A DNA stretch of 64,000 bases from an uncultured delta proteobacterium. Its GTDB lineage: Bacteria; Myxococcota_A; Polyangia; Fen-1088. Every line of letters begins with the position of its first letter. Positions within the stretch are counted from its first letter, which is position 1. Below are positions 38,535 through 49,633 of the stretch, piece by piece. The notes beneath the pieces were generated by a model. The model did not search any database and was not told where the DNA came from. It was given only the letters and a program-made list of their open reading frames with translations. Both the position numbers and the translations under genes were made by a program. The DNA lies in the NCBI GenBank assembly GCA_963767925.1, contig CAVYGB010000002.1:2048001-2112000 (forward strand), written 5' to 3'.

Positions 38535-39923
38535 TCAATCTCCGACGGCCTGATAGAGGTTGGTGGCCCGCGGGGCTGCCGGCTTGTGGTCCCGGCGCGG
38601 AGGTGGGTCGGCGGGCGCGAGCACCCCGGTGCTCACCAGGGAGTCCGGCGCCGGGCGCGGGCGGGGCCGCGGCCGCTCGGCAGCCACCGCCGGCCTGGCG
38701 GCCAGCCGGGGCAGCGGCGTGGCGGTGATGCGCGGGCGGGGCGTCGTCTCTCCCGCCACCGCTGGCGCGTCGGCCACGCCCTCTTTCGTAATCAGCAGCA
38801 CGGCACCCACCACCCCGGCGACGCCGAGCATCCCCAGGCAGGCCAGGAAGGCCACCCGCGAGCGGGGGTCGTAGCCGGTCCGGCCCCAGCGGGTGGGCGC
38901 CGGGCGGGCGGGCGGGCGGGCCAGGCTGCGCTCGACCGAGCGGACCTGCTGGGTGCCGGCCGTGCGGACCGCCTCCTGCACCCGCACCGGCGCGCCGGGG
39001 GGCGTGCGCAGCAGCTCGTCCCAGCCGCTGCGGGCGCTGCCGATCAGCGCCTCGAGCTCGATCAGCACCTCGTCCAGGCTCTGCGGCCGGTCGGCGGGCG
39101 CCTTCGCCAGCATGCGCGCGATCAGATCGTCGAACCCGACCGGCATGTCCTTCTCCAGCGAGCGCAGGCGCGGCGGCGCCGTCTCGACGTGGGCCCGCAT
39201 GAGGGCCAGGTCGTCGCTGTCGGTGAAGGGCGGGCGCCCGCACAGCAGCTCGAAGAACAGGCAGCCGAGCGCGTAGATGTCGGTCCGGTGGTCGACGGCG
39301 CTGCCGGGCTTCCACTGCTCGGGCGCCATGCACACGGGCGTGCCGATCACGCAGCCGTCCAGGGTCGGATTGCGCGACTTCTCCTCGCGCAGCATCTTGG
39401 CCACCCCGAAGTCGAGGATCTTCACCGAGAACGCGTTGCGATCGGCGGGCACCCGCACCAGGATGACGTTTTCGGGCTTGAGGTCGCGGTGGACCACCGA
39501 CTGGCCATGGGCGAAGGCGAGCCCCTCGGCGATTCGCCCCACGATGGCCGCCGCCAGCCGGGGCTGCCGGGCCAGCTTGCCGGTGCGCTCGGCCCACAGG
39601 CGCAGCGGCTCGCCCTGCAGGTATTCCATGGCGATGAAGGCGGTGCCGTCGGCCAGCACGTCGCAGTCGAACACCTCGACGATGGCCGGGTGGCGCAGGC
39701 GGGCCATCGCGCGCGCCTCGGCCAGCAGCCGCTGGACCACGTCGGCGCGGGCGGCGATCTCCGGCAGCAGGACCTTGAGCGCGCGCACCTGTCCCAGGTG
39801 CAGGTGCTCCGCCTTGAACACCTCGGCCATGCCCCCACGACCGAGCGAGCCCAGCACCTGGTAAGGCCCGATCTGATGATTGCCCGAGGGCGTGTGCTTC
39901 GGCCGTGCAAGGGAGAAGGCCAC
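38535..39923 (-). CDS. Hanks-type Ser/Thr protein kinase with TM segment
   Basis: LGRGGMAEV, ALKVL, HRDLKPEN, KILDFG, GTPVCMAPEQ, DIYALG. GGAG before GTG 39923. Confidence 0.92.
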   Translation of the reverse strand: MAFSLARPKHTPSGNHQIGPYQVLGSLGRGGMAEVFKAEHLHLGQVRALKVLLPEIAARADVVQRLLAEARAMARLRHPAIVEVFDCDVLADGTAFIAMEYLQGEPLRLWAERTGKLARQPRLAAAIVGRIAEGLAFAHGQSVVHRDLKPENVILVRVPADRNAFSVKILDFGVAKMLREEKSRNPTLDGCVIGTPVCMAPEQWKPGSAVDHRTDIYALGCLFFELLCGRPPFTDSDDLALMRAHVETAPPRLRSLEKDMPVGFDDLIARMLAKAPADRPQSLDEVLIELEALIGSARSGWDELLRTPPGAPVRVQEAVRTAGTQQVRSVERSLARPPARPAPTRWGRTGYDPRSRVAFLACLGMLGVAGVVGAVLLITKEGVADAPAVAGETTPRPRITATPLPRLAARPAVAAERPRPRPRPAPDSLVSTGVLAPADPPPRRDHKPAAPRATNLYQAVGD

Positions 39924-40166
39924 GTGGATACTCCGTGCAGCGGGTTGCGATGTCGGTGAGCTGCCTACGTCTGCGCGCCCGACGAATATAGGGGCGGCGG
40001 CCGACGTGTGTTCGGCGCACGGGAAAAAAAACGTTCGCCGGCTCACCCAGGGGCCCGGGATTCAAGGGTGATCAGGATGGAGCACCCCCTGCGATCGGGG
40101 GCGCTCCCCGGGGGATCGATCCCTACGTTCTGCCCCGAGTGGGGCCGCTGGCGCCGGCCGGGCTGC

Positions 40167-40598
40167 TCAACCCGCCAGGGCGGCGTTGATCATCTGTTCG
40201 ATGTCGGGCGCGCGCTTGGCGCGGAAGGGGGGCGGATTGCGCTCGATGTCCGGGTAGAGGGCGCGCAGAGCCCGGGCCACGTGCTCCGGGTCGACCGGGC
40301 GCTCGAACACCGGGCCGCTCTGGGGGGCGCTGTCGGGGCCGAGCGCGCCGACCACGAACAGCCGGCGGACCACCTGCAGGCGGGCGTCGCGGTCGAGCAG
40401 GGCCCGCACCCGCGTCCAATCTTTCTTCGGCATGGTGGTGTCGAGGAGGATGGCGCCGGGGACCGGACCGCTGGCCAGGGCGTTGAGCGCCTGGGGCCCA
40501 TCGTTGGCGATGGTGAGCGCATACCCCTCGTGTTCCAGCCGGGCGGCGAGGACGTCCCGCCACAGCGCGCTCCGGGCGACGATCAACATACTTCTCAT
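40167..40598 (-). CDS. Degenerate single-domain response regulator receiver
   Basis: LEHEGYALTIANDGPQAL, ILLDTTMP, ERPVD. The acidic pocket and conserved Lys are altered. Confidence 0.6.
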   Translation of the reverse strand: MRSMLIVARSALWRDVLAARLEHEGYALTIANDGPQALNALASGPVPGAILLDTTMPKKDWTRVRALLDRDARLQVVRRLFVVGALGPDSAPQSGPVFERPVDPEHVARALRALYPDIERNPPPFRAKRAPDIEQMINAALAG

Positions 40599-40705
40599 GT
40601 CGTCGGCAAAGTAGGTCCGGCGGCCTGGAGGGCAACCGCCGGAGGTGTTGCTGGAAGGTAAACCTTGATCAACATTTCTGGCGTCCCGCCGGTATTGTAT
40701 CCGGC

Positions 40706-41824
40706 ATGAGGTGTAGGTCTCAATCGAGGTCCTCGCGGTCCACCTTCTCCAGATCTGGCAGGCGCGGCACGTTCGCGTCGCTGGCGCGTACCGCGACCGC
40801 GGGGGTGGTCTTTTTCATCACCGCCTTTGGTTTCGGTGGGTTGCCCTCGCTGTTCCGCTCTGCTCCGGTCCTGACGGCGCGGGCCGCGGCCGGGAAGGCG
40901 CCGAAGGTCGAGCTGGTGCGGCGCGAGGCGGAACGGCGGGTCGACGTCCTGGTCGATGGCAAGCCCTTCACGACCTACGCCTGGCCGGAGAACCTCGCCA
41001 AACCGGTGCTGTTTCCCCTGCGCACCGACGTCGGCCAGGTCATCACGCGTGGCTTTCCGGTCGACCCCCAGCCGGACGAGGCCAGGGACCACCCCCACCA
41101 CGTGGGCCTCTGGTTCAACTACGGCGACGTGGCGGGCGCGGACTTCTGGGGCAACTCCGCCGGTATCCGCAAGGAGCCGGCCGGGGACAAACACGGCAGC
41201 ATCGTCCACCGCAGCGTCGACAGCGCCCGCGGCGGCGCCGGCCGCGGCGAGTTGACCGTCAGCGCCGACTGGCTCATGCCCGACGGCAAGCCGGCCGTGC
41301 GCGAGCAGACGCGCTACGCCTTCGCGGCGAGCGCGGGCCGCATGGCCGTCGACCGGGTGGCCACCTTGACCGCCAGCTCGGCGACCGTGCCGTTCCCGGA
41401 CAACAAGGAGGGCATGCTGGCGCTGCGCCTGGCTGGCTCGCTGGAGCATCCCAGCCGCCGCAACCCCAAGGCCACCGGCTCTTACCGCAGCAGCGAGGGC
41501 AAGGTCGGCGACGAGGTGTGGGGCACCCGCGCGCGCTGGGTCATGCTGACCGGCAAGGTCGCCGACGCCCCCGTCACCGTCGCCATCCTCGACCACCCGA
41601 AGAACCCGGGCTTCCCGACATACTGGCACGCCCGCGGCTACGGCCTGTTCGCCGCCAACCCCCTCGGCCAGAAGGCGCTGAGCAAGGGCAAGGAGACGCT
41701 GGATTTTGCCGTCGAGCGCGGGCGCCCCGCGCGCTTCGCCTACCGGATCGTCCTGCTCTCGCGCGACGCCAGGCCCGAGGACATCGAGGCCGAGTTCAAG
41801 CGCTTCAGCAGCGAGCTGAAGTAG
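40706..41824 (+). CDS. DUF6807 ('PmoA family') secreted beta-sandwich protein
   Basis: KPVLFPL, ITRGFP, DHPHHVGLWF, DFWGNS, KEGMLALR, VWGTRARW, DHPKNPGFPTYWHARGYGLFAANP. Start uncertain. Confidence 0.75.
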   Translation: MRCRSQSRSSRSTFSRSGRRGTFASLARTATAGVVFFITAFGFGGLPSLFRSAPVLTARAAAGKAPKVELVRREAERRVDVLVDGKPFTTYAWPENLAKPVLFPLRTDVGQVITRGFPVDPQPDEARDHPHHVGLWFNYGDVAGADFWGNSAGIRKEPAGDKHGSIVHRSVDSARGGAGRGELTVSADWLMPDGKPAVREQTRYAFAASAGRMAVDRVATLTASSATVPFPDNKEGMLALRLAGSLEHPSRRNPKATGSYRSSEGKVGDEVWGTRARWVMLTGKVADAPVTVAILDHPKNPGFPTYWHARGYGLFAANPLGQKALSKGKETLDFAVERGRPARFAYRIVLLSRDARPEDIEAEFKRFSSELK

Positions 41825-42029
41825 CGGCGTCGGCCCGGTCGGCCGCCGCCCGGCGCAGGTCGGCGGTCAGCTCGGCCCGGACGCGGGCCCGGCTCTCCTC
41901 GGGCGGGCACCCGGGCGCACGGGGGCGGTTGCGGGTAAGCTCGCGGCGCGTGGCGCCGCCGCTGCGTTCGACGCCTGCACACCGGCCTGGTCCGGACCGA
42001 TCCCCTGCCGTGAAAAAAGGAGTCGCGCG

Positions 42030-42887
42030 ATGAGCCCCAGACGATCGCTGCCTGCCCGCCCCGGAGCCCGCTCGCTCGCCCTCGCGCTGCTGCTCGCGGC
42101 CGGGCTGGCGGCGCCCACCTGTGCCACCCCCGCCGCGTCGCCGCCGCCCCCGGCGACCATGAAGGCGCCGCCCGCGCCGGCGCAAGCGGCCGAGGCCCCC
42201 GTTGCTCCGGCGCCTGCGGCGTCCCAGCCGGCGCCCGCCGCCGCCGAGCCCGAGGCGAGCGTGCATCCCGGCGCGAACGACCAGTACCTGCGCGCCGACA
42301 TGGACGTCAACGACTGGCTCCAGCGCTTCGAGCGCGGGGGCCGGGAGATCTTCGACCACCGCCAGGCCATCCTCGCCGCCACCGGGGTCGCCGCCGGCTC
42401 GGAGGTCGCCGACGTGGGCGCCGGCACGGGGCTGTTCTCGCGGCTGTTCGCCCGGACGGTGGGCCCCACCGGCCGGGTCTACGCGGTCGACATCGTGCCG
42501 AAGTTCCTGCGCCACATCGAAGACGAGAACAAGCGCCTCGGCATCCGCAACATCACCGCGGTCAAGGGGACCGAGCGCGCCGCCGCCTTGCCCCCCGAGA
42601 GCGTGGACCTGGTCTTCCTGTGCGACTCGTACCACCACTTCGAATACCCCCGGGCCATGAACGCCTCGCTGCTGCAGGCCCTGCGCCCGGGCGGCACCTT
42701 GATGTTGATCGACTTCCGCCGCGAGCCCGGCAAGAGCCCGGGCTGGATCCTCGAGCACGTGCGCGCCGGCCAGGAGGTCTTCAGCGCCGAGCTGCAGGCG
42801 GCGGGCTTCGAGAAGCTCGGGGAGACGCCGCCCGTGCTCGAGGAGAACTACATCGTGCGCTTCCGAAAGCCCGCCCGCCCGAACTGA
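42030..42887 (+). CDS. Class I SAM-dependent methyltransferase with N-terminal export signal and Pro/Ala linker
   Basis: VADVGAGTG, VYAVDI, SVDLVFLCDSYHHFE, LRPGG. Confidence 0.88.
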   Translation: MSPRRSLPARPGARSLALALLLAAGLAAPTCATPAASPPPPATMKAPPAPAQAAEAPVAPAPAASQPAPAAAEPEASVHPGANDQYLRADMDVNDWLQRFERGGREIFDHRQAILAATGVAAGSEVADVGAGTGLFSRLFARTVGPTGRVYAVDIVPKFLRHIEDENKRLGIRNITAVKGTERAAALPPESVDLVFLCDSYHHFEYPRAMNASLLQALRPGGTLMLIDFRREPGKSPGWILEHVRAGQEVFSAELQAAGFEKLGETPPVLEENYIVRFRKPARPN

Positions 42888-42914
42888 GGCGCCCGTCCGC
42901 GGGGCGCGCGCCGC

Positions 42915-45642
42915 TCAGCCGGTGTTGCGCATGCCCGCGGCGATGCCGTTGACCGTGACCAGCAGGGCGTCGGACAGGCGGGGGTCCTCGTCGGTGCGGG
43001 TGCGGCGGAGCAGCTCGGCCTGCAGCAGGTTCAGCGGGTCGACGTAGGGGTTGCGCAGCTCGATGGTGCGGGCCAGATCCGGCTGATCGGCCAGCAGCCG
43101 CGTCTCCCCCTTGGTCGACAGCACCGCCTCGAGCGTGCGCCGGGCCTTGCCCCGCAGCTCCTGGCCGAGCGGCCGCAGCTCGTCGGGCACCAGCACCCGG
43201 TCGTAATAGGCGGCGATGTCGGGATCGGCCTTCGCCAGCACCATGTCGAGCAGGTCGAGCACCGAGCGAAAGAACGGCCACTCCTGGGCCAGCGTCTGCA
43301 GCGCCCCCTCTCGGCCCTCCTCGAACAGGGCGGTGAGCGCCTCGCCCGCGCCCAGCCAGGCCGGCAGGTGCAGCCGGGTCTGCGTCCAGGCGAAGATCCA
43401 GGGGATGGCCCGCAGGTTCGACAGGCCGTCGAGCCCGGCCTGCCGCCGGGCCGGCCGGCTGCCGATGTTGAGCCGCCCCAGCTCGCGCACGGGGGTCGCC
43501 GTCTCGAAGTAGCGGATGAAGGCCGGGTCGGACTGCACCACCCGCCGGTAGGCGCTGGCCGCCAGCGCGGCCAGCCGATCCATCAGCGCCCGCTGCTCGG
43601 GCCCGGGCGCCGCCGGCGGCCGCAAGGTCGCCTCCAGGGTGGCGTTGCCGTACAGCTCGAAGCTCTCCACCGCGATCTCGTGCTTGCCGAAGGAGGCCTC
43701 CACCATCTCGCCCTGCACGGTCACGCGCAGGCGGCCGTCGACCGATCCGGGCGGCTGCGACAGCACCGACAGGTAGATGGGCCCGCCCCCGCGGCCGATG
43801 GTGCCGCCCCGGCCGTGAAACAGCGTCAGCCGCACCCCCGCCGCCCGGCACACCTCGACCACGTCCTCCTGGGCCCGGTAGAGCGCCCAGGCGGCGGCCA
43901 GCCGCCCGGCGTCCTTGCCCGAGTCCGAGTAGCCGATCATCACCTCCTGGTGGCCGCCGATCAGGCGGCGGTAGATCGGCACCTCGAGCAGCCCGGCGAT
44001 GACCTTGCCCGCGCGCTCGAGGTCGGCCAGCGTCTCGAACAGCGGCACCACCCGCAGCGGCTCGGTCATCCCCGCCTCGCGCTGGAAGAGCTGCACCAGC
44101 AGCACGTCCGAGGGGGCGCTGGCCATCGAGATGACGTAGGCCCCCAGGCCCCCTTCGGGCTGGCGGCAGCAGGCGGCCAGCGTGCCGAGGATGTCCTGCA
44201 AGGCCGGGTCGTCGGGGAGCTGGCGGGGGAGCAGCGGGCGGGGCGAGGCCAGCTCGCGGGTCAGGAACGCCACCCGCTGGTCCTCGTTCCAGTCGAGGTA
44301 GCTGCCCAGGCCCAGCGCGCGCGTGACCGCGTCCATGGCCCGGGCGTGCACCTTGGCCTCCTGCCGCAGGTCCAGCCGGGTGAGCGGTGAGCCCCAGCGC
44401 CGCCACCCGCCGCAGCAGATCGAGCAGCCGCCCGTCGGCCACGCTGCCCGCGCCGCTGGCCTGCAGCGAGCGGTGACACAGGGACAGCGGCCCCCACAGC
44501 TCGCGCGGATCGAGGTAGGGCTCGGCCGCCTGCTCCACCCAGGCGTGCTGATCGCGCCGCCGCGAGTGGGGCAAGGTGGTCTGCCCGTGCAGCTCGCGGA
44601 GCTGCCCCTCGCAGTGGGCGCGGGTGGCGCGCAGGCGGGCCATCACCTCGCGCAGGAGCACGCGGTAGGGCTCGCCGGCCTCGCCCACCCGGGCGCGCAG
44701 CTCCGGGCTGGCCCGGGTCATCGACAGCTCGTCGTGCAGCCGCTCGACCTCGCGCAGGTACAGCTCGGCCGCCTGCCAGCGCGCCAGCAGGCAGACCTCG
44801 GCGGTGACCGCCGCCGTGACGTGGGGGTTGCCGTCGCGGTCGCCGCCCATCCAGGAGCCGAAGCGCACCGGGGCCGCGTCGAGCGGCAACCCCTTGCCGG
44901 TGGCGTCGAGCAGCGCCCGATCCAGCTCGCGCAGGTAGGCGGGCAGGGCGTCCCACAGGATCTGATCGAACAGCACCAGCCCGGCCCGGGCCTCGTCGAC
45001 CGGGGTGGGGCGCCGGCGCCGCAGCTCATCGGTCTGCCAGATGGCCTGGATCTCGCGCCGCAGGTCCTGCGTCGCCGCCGCCCGCTCCTCGGGCAGCAGG
45101 TCGGGCCGGTCGCGCGTCGCCAGCGTCTCGGCGATGCGCCGGTGCTTCTCCAGCAAGGTCCGGCGCGACGCCTGGGTGGGGTGGGCGGTCAGCACCAGCT
45201 CCACGTGCAGCGCGCCCACCGCCTCGTGCAGCCGCTCGGGCGGCACCCCGCCTTGCAGGAACCGGGAGAAGGCCTCGGCGATGGCCCCGCTGGCCCCCGG
45301 CGCGCGCAGGCGCTGGCGCCGCAGCCGCACCCGGTGCTGCTGCTCGGCGATGTTGGTGAGCGCCAGGAAGTGGGCGAAGGCCCGGGCCAGCGGCATCGCC
45401 TCGGGCACGGTCAGCGACCCCAGCAGCGTCCGCAGCGCCTCCGCCGCCTCCGCCCCGCCGGCGCGGGCCTGCTTGGCCAGGGCCCGCACCCGCTCCACCA
45501 GCGTGTACAGCGCGGGGCCCTCCTGGGCGCGCAGGGTCTCGCCCAGCAGATCGCCCAGCAGGCGCACGTCCTCGCGCAGCCGCTCGTGGATGTCTAGAGG
45601 AACGACTTGGGCTGCCCCGTTGCCTCGATGACCGACATCCAT
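42915..45642 (-). CDS. ppc: Phosphoenolpyruvate carboxylase, one frameshift at ~44387
   Basis: LREDVRLLG, VLTAHPTQ, SWMGGDRDGNP, LDLRQE, VPLFET, QEVMIGYSDSGKD, FHGRGGTIGRGG, LRAIPWIFAWTQ, RNPYVDPLN, GMRNTG. Start uncertain. Confidence 0.93.
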
Positions 45643-47059
45643 AGATCGTCCGTGGGAATGACTTGCTTGCGGCTGCGGGTGGCCAGCGCCATGGGGACGT
45701 GCACGAACCGCCCGTGCCAGCGTCCTATCAGCATTTCGGTGTTCCCCGCCATCGCCGCGTGGACCGCGTTGCGGGCCATGTTCCAGCAGTAGACGCTGTC
45801 GGAGGGCGAGGCGGGGACGCTGCGAATCGTGTAGCTCGGGTCGATGTACTTGAGGGTGAGCGGCCGCCCCAGCCGCCGGAAGTGGGCCGTGATGGCGTCG
45901 CGCAGGAACACGCCGACGTCCTTGAGCTTCGTGTTGCCGCTGCGATCGCAGGCCTCGCCGCCGGCGCCGGGCGCCTCGAGCAAGCTCCTGGCCCGCCCCC
46001 TCCGCCACCACGATCACCGCGTGCCCGCGCCGCTCGAGCAGCCGTTCGAGGTAGCGCAACATGCCCCCCTCGCCCTCGAGCCGGGCGGCGATCTCGGGGA
46101 TGACGACCAGGTCGACGTCGGTCGAGGCCAGCGCCGCGTGGCAGGCGACGAAGCCCGAGTGCCGCCCCATCACCTTCACCAGCCCGATGCCGTTGTGGGC
46201 CCCCGTCGCCTCGACCCGCGCCGCCCGGATGACGTCCACCGCCGCCGAAAACGCGCTCTCGAACCCGAAGCTGCGGTCGATGAAGTGGATGTCGTTGTCG
46301 ATGGTCTTGGGCACCCCGACGACGGCGATCTTGAGCCCGCGCCGGGCCATCTCCGCCGTGAGCTGCATGGCCCCCCGGATGGTCCCGTCGCCGCCGACCA
46401 CGAACAGCACGTCGATGCCCGAGCGCCTCGAGGTTGTCGACGATCTCGCCCGGGTCCTGCGAGCCGCGCGACGAGCCGAGGATGGTGCCGCCCTGGTGGT
46501 GGATGTGCGCCACCGACTCGGGCGTGAGGATCATGGGGTGGTGGCCGAAGCGGGCCAGCAGCCCCTCGAACCCGTAGCGCAGCCCCAGGATGTGGCGGAC
46601 CCCGTAGCCATGCGCCAGCTCGAGCACCAGCCCGCGCACGACGTTGTTGAGCCCCGGGCACAGCCCGCCGCAGGTGACGATCCCGGCCCGCAGCGTCCGG
46701 GGATCGAAGAAGATCTTGTTGCGCGGCCCCGCCAGCTCGAACGCCGGCAGCGCCCCGAGCTGCCCCGCGTGGGCCCCCAGGCTCGACAGGCAATCGTCGA
46801 CCAGCACCTTGTCCGCCTCGCCCACGAAGTGCATCGCGTTCTCACCGAGGTGCGCCGCCACCGGCGAAGCCAGCCGGCACTTGCCCAGGTCCCGGATCGC
46901 GACATCCTCCACCCTGATCCGCCGCAGCCCCCGCGCGCCCCCGTCCGCGCCAGCCGCAGCCGCCGCCGCCGCCTCGGCCCGGCCCGTCGATCCACCCGGC
47001 ACCGGGTAAACCACGGTCCCGAGCTCGGACTCCGCTTCAGCTTCTATTCCCCCAGCCAT
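45594..47059 (-). CDS. pfkA: ATP-dependent 6-phosphofructokinase, two frameshifts (~46420, ~45985)
   Basis: FELAGPR, IVTCGGLCPGLN, GGTILGSSRG, GGDGT, PKTIDND, VMGRHSGF, VVAEGAGQ, KYIDPSYTIRS, ATGQP. Confidence 0.92.
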
Positions 47060-47205
47060 GAGAACGTGCGCCCAGACTGCGACCCTACTCCCCCCACGTT
47101 TCCACCACCTTTCCAGCTAAGAAAATCGCCGTAACCGCCCTGGCGGGAACGCGAGAGCAGACCCAGCCCCGGACGCCCCCGAGCCCTTCGCCCCCCCCAC
47201 CGCCC

Positions 47206-47250
47206 GTTCGCCCTCGCCCCGCGGAGCGGGGAGAGGGAGGGTGAGGGTCT
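47206..47250. repeat. REP-like palindrome (same family as the 6651/6850 arms)
   Basis: GTTCGCCCTCGCCCCGCGGAGCGGGGAGAGGGAGGGTGAGGGTCT. Confidence 0.85.
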
Positions 47251-47304
47251 CCGCATCAACCGTTCGGCGCTCGAGGAGCCGCCGTGCCTGGGCCCAGGAC
47301 CCGC

Positions 47305-47754
47305 CTAGTCGATGGAGATCCCTCCGCCGACGCGGCGGTACACCTGGAAGTTGCGAAACCGCGACCCGTCCGGCCGCGGCCCCTCCTGCACCACCGCCAG
47401 CAGCTCGCCGTCGATCGAGGCCACCCGCCGCGCATAAGCCACCGTGGCCCCCTTCCGCAGGGCCTCGCTATCGAGCGTCCGCTCATCGACCCGCGTGATG
47501 GAGAACGAATCCGGCCCCGGGCCCGACTCCCCCGCCCGCGCCAGCACCACCGGCTTGCCATCCGTCGGCCCGCCGAACGTCGTCGCGTGCTCCGTGCCTC
47601 CCTCCTCCATCGTCCAGCGGATCGAGACCTCCACGCCCCCCTCGTCCCCCGGCGCAATCTCGTACCGCCCCCCCGCCGGCGCCTCCCCGTGATCGTAGAG
47701 CGACAGCTCGGGCACCAGCTCCCAGCTCCCGTAGAAGGCATCCTGCTCGGCCAT
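47305..47754 (-). CDS. Hypothetical lipocalin-like beta-barrel protein
   Basis: N-terminal FYGSWEL (GxW) motif, TDGKP, C-terminal QVYRR. Coding-like bias. Confidence 0.55.
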   Translation of the reverse strand: MAEQDAFYGSWELVPELSLYDHGEAPAGGRYEIAPGDEGGVEVSIRWTMEEGGTEHATTFGGPTDGKPVVLARAGESGPGPDSFSITRVDERTLDSEALRKGATVAYARRVASIDGELLAVVQEGPRPDGSRFRNFQVYRRVGGGISID

Positions 47755-48090
47755 ACGCCGCAGTCTACCCCGACTCAGGCCCCCCGAACCGCGACGACCG
47801 CCGCGCCAGGCGGTCACGGCGGCGGCAGCGTCTCCTACCGTCGGCGCGACTCCCGTCGTGGTCGGCGGTGGCGCAAGCGTTGCGAGCCCGCTGCTCGACG
47901 GAGCCGGGGTCGTCGAAGGCCCGGGCCCCGCATCGGGCGCGGGTCAGAGGATGAGGTACACGCTGCTCGACGGAGCCGCGGTAGTCGAGGCCCCGGGCCC
48001 CGCATCCGGCGCGGGTCAGAGAATGAGGTACACCCCGCCGAGCACCACCACCGCCGCACCCGCCGCCGCCGCCGCCAGCGGCCATTTCGA

Positions 48091-49113
48091 TCAGAGAATG
48101 AGGTACATCCCGCCGATCACCACCACCGCCGCACCCGCCGCCGCCGCCAGCAGCCACTTGCGGGTCGCCCGGGGTGAGGCGGGCGCCGCGGACGCGGCGT
48201 CCATGAGCTCCTCGATTGGCCGCCCGGCGAACACCCCGTCGAACGCGTCCTTGAGCTCGTCCACCGAAGCCCAGCGGCGCGCGGGATCTTTCTCCAGGCA
48301 CCGGCGCGCGATGAAGTCGAGCTGCCGTCCGATCGGATCCGCCAGCACCGGCCGCGGCGTCGGACGCGGCGGATCCATCTCCAGCTCCACCATCAGCTCG
48401 CTGAGGTTCCGCCCCCCGAACGGCGGCCGCCCGCACAGCACCTGGTAGAGCACCACCCCGAACGAATAGATGTCCGTGCGGCGGTCGACCTCCTTGCCGA
48501 ACGCCTGCTCGGGCGCGAGGTAAGCCGGCGTGTTGATCGACGTGTCCTCGTCGGGCCCCCAGCGATCCTCCGACGCCCGCGAAGCCGTCACCGACCGACC
48601 CAGCCCCGCCCCCAGCACCTTCACCCCCGTGTCCCCATCCCCCGTCAGGAGGATGTTCTCCGGCTTCAAGTCCCCATGCACGAGCTGCACCTGGTGCACC
48701 GCCCGCAAAGCATCGAGCACGGGCCCCAGCACCGCCCCGATCCGCCGCATGGGCAACGTCTTCTCCGCCCCCAGCACCCGCGACAGCGGCCGCCCCTCGA
48801 CAAGCTCCATCACGATCGCGGACACCGCCCCCGCCTCCCGCCCCTCGATCAGATCCGTCACCGCCACGAGATGCGGATTGTTCAGCTCCCCCAGCGCCCG
48901 CATCTCCGAGAACAGCCGCTGCACCGCCCCGAAAGCCGCCGTCCGCGCCGCCGGCAAGATCCGCATCGCCCCCTTCCCCCCCGCTCCACATCCTCCACCT
49001 CATAAACCAACCCATTCGCCCGCCCCCCCATCAACCGCACCAACCGGTACCCCCCCACCCGGTCCCCCGCAACGCGCTCGTCGTCCCACGCTCCATCGCC
49101 CATCCCCCTGATC
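48091..49113 (-). pseudogene. Ser/Thr kinase-like gene (probable pseudokinase) with a frameshift at ~48972 and a duplicated, stop-containing tail
   Basis: GYRLVRLMGG, VHGDLKPENIL, TPAYLAPEQ, DIYSFG. DFG is replaced by GAG. The TM-coding segment is duplicated downstream (47860-48090). Confidence 0.7.
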
Positions 49114-49633
49114 ATCGTCTGTTCCACCAAAGAATTGGTGCCCAAAAGCCCCAACCCCGCCGCGAGGTGCGCCGATGTACCGCCGCCGCTGCCGCCCGGA
49201 GCCCGACTCCAGGTGCGGTGGTGTACCCGGCGCCGCTGCAGCTCAAAACCGAAGGCCGGCTACACCAGGCGGCGATGTGCTCGCCCGCCGCACCCACCCG
49301 CCGTCTCGCGTCTCCCGACCGTTGCTTTGCCTTCGGCTCTGCGGATCGAACAAGCGCCCGCGATCCGCTCGCTTCGCCATGCTCGCGAGGGTTACGCTTC
49401 AATCAGACCTACCTGAGTGCGCTTCCGCGGAAAGATCACGGCTGACCGCCTGCCTCCGGCGTCCGGCGATCGAGGATGCCGGCTGACGGGTGGGCAATCA
49501 GGCCATTCCTCCGCCGAGCTCGGAGGAGATGAGCCACAAGGGACGAGGGCTGCGCGAACGGTCCAACACTCGACGCTGGGGATCGCGTCACAGGCCATAA
49601 AAAGCACAGCTGTAGAATCTTATTTGACGCTGC

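Noticed and set aside
40706..41824. Methane monooxygenase subunit PmoA
   Set aside because: The family name is a misnomer. This is a soluble secreted protein with no pmoC/pmoB neighbours.
47940..48095. TGA recoding (Trp or selenocysteine) in the kinase tail
   Set aside because: Many intact genes here end in TGA, the three stops are copies of one duplicated segment, and no SECIS-like hairpin was evident.
49120..49620. Short ORFs or an RNA gene at the island's left edge
   Set aside because: No recognisable protein motifs, tRNA cloverleaf or attachment-site repeat could be identified by eye.
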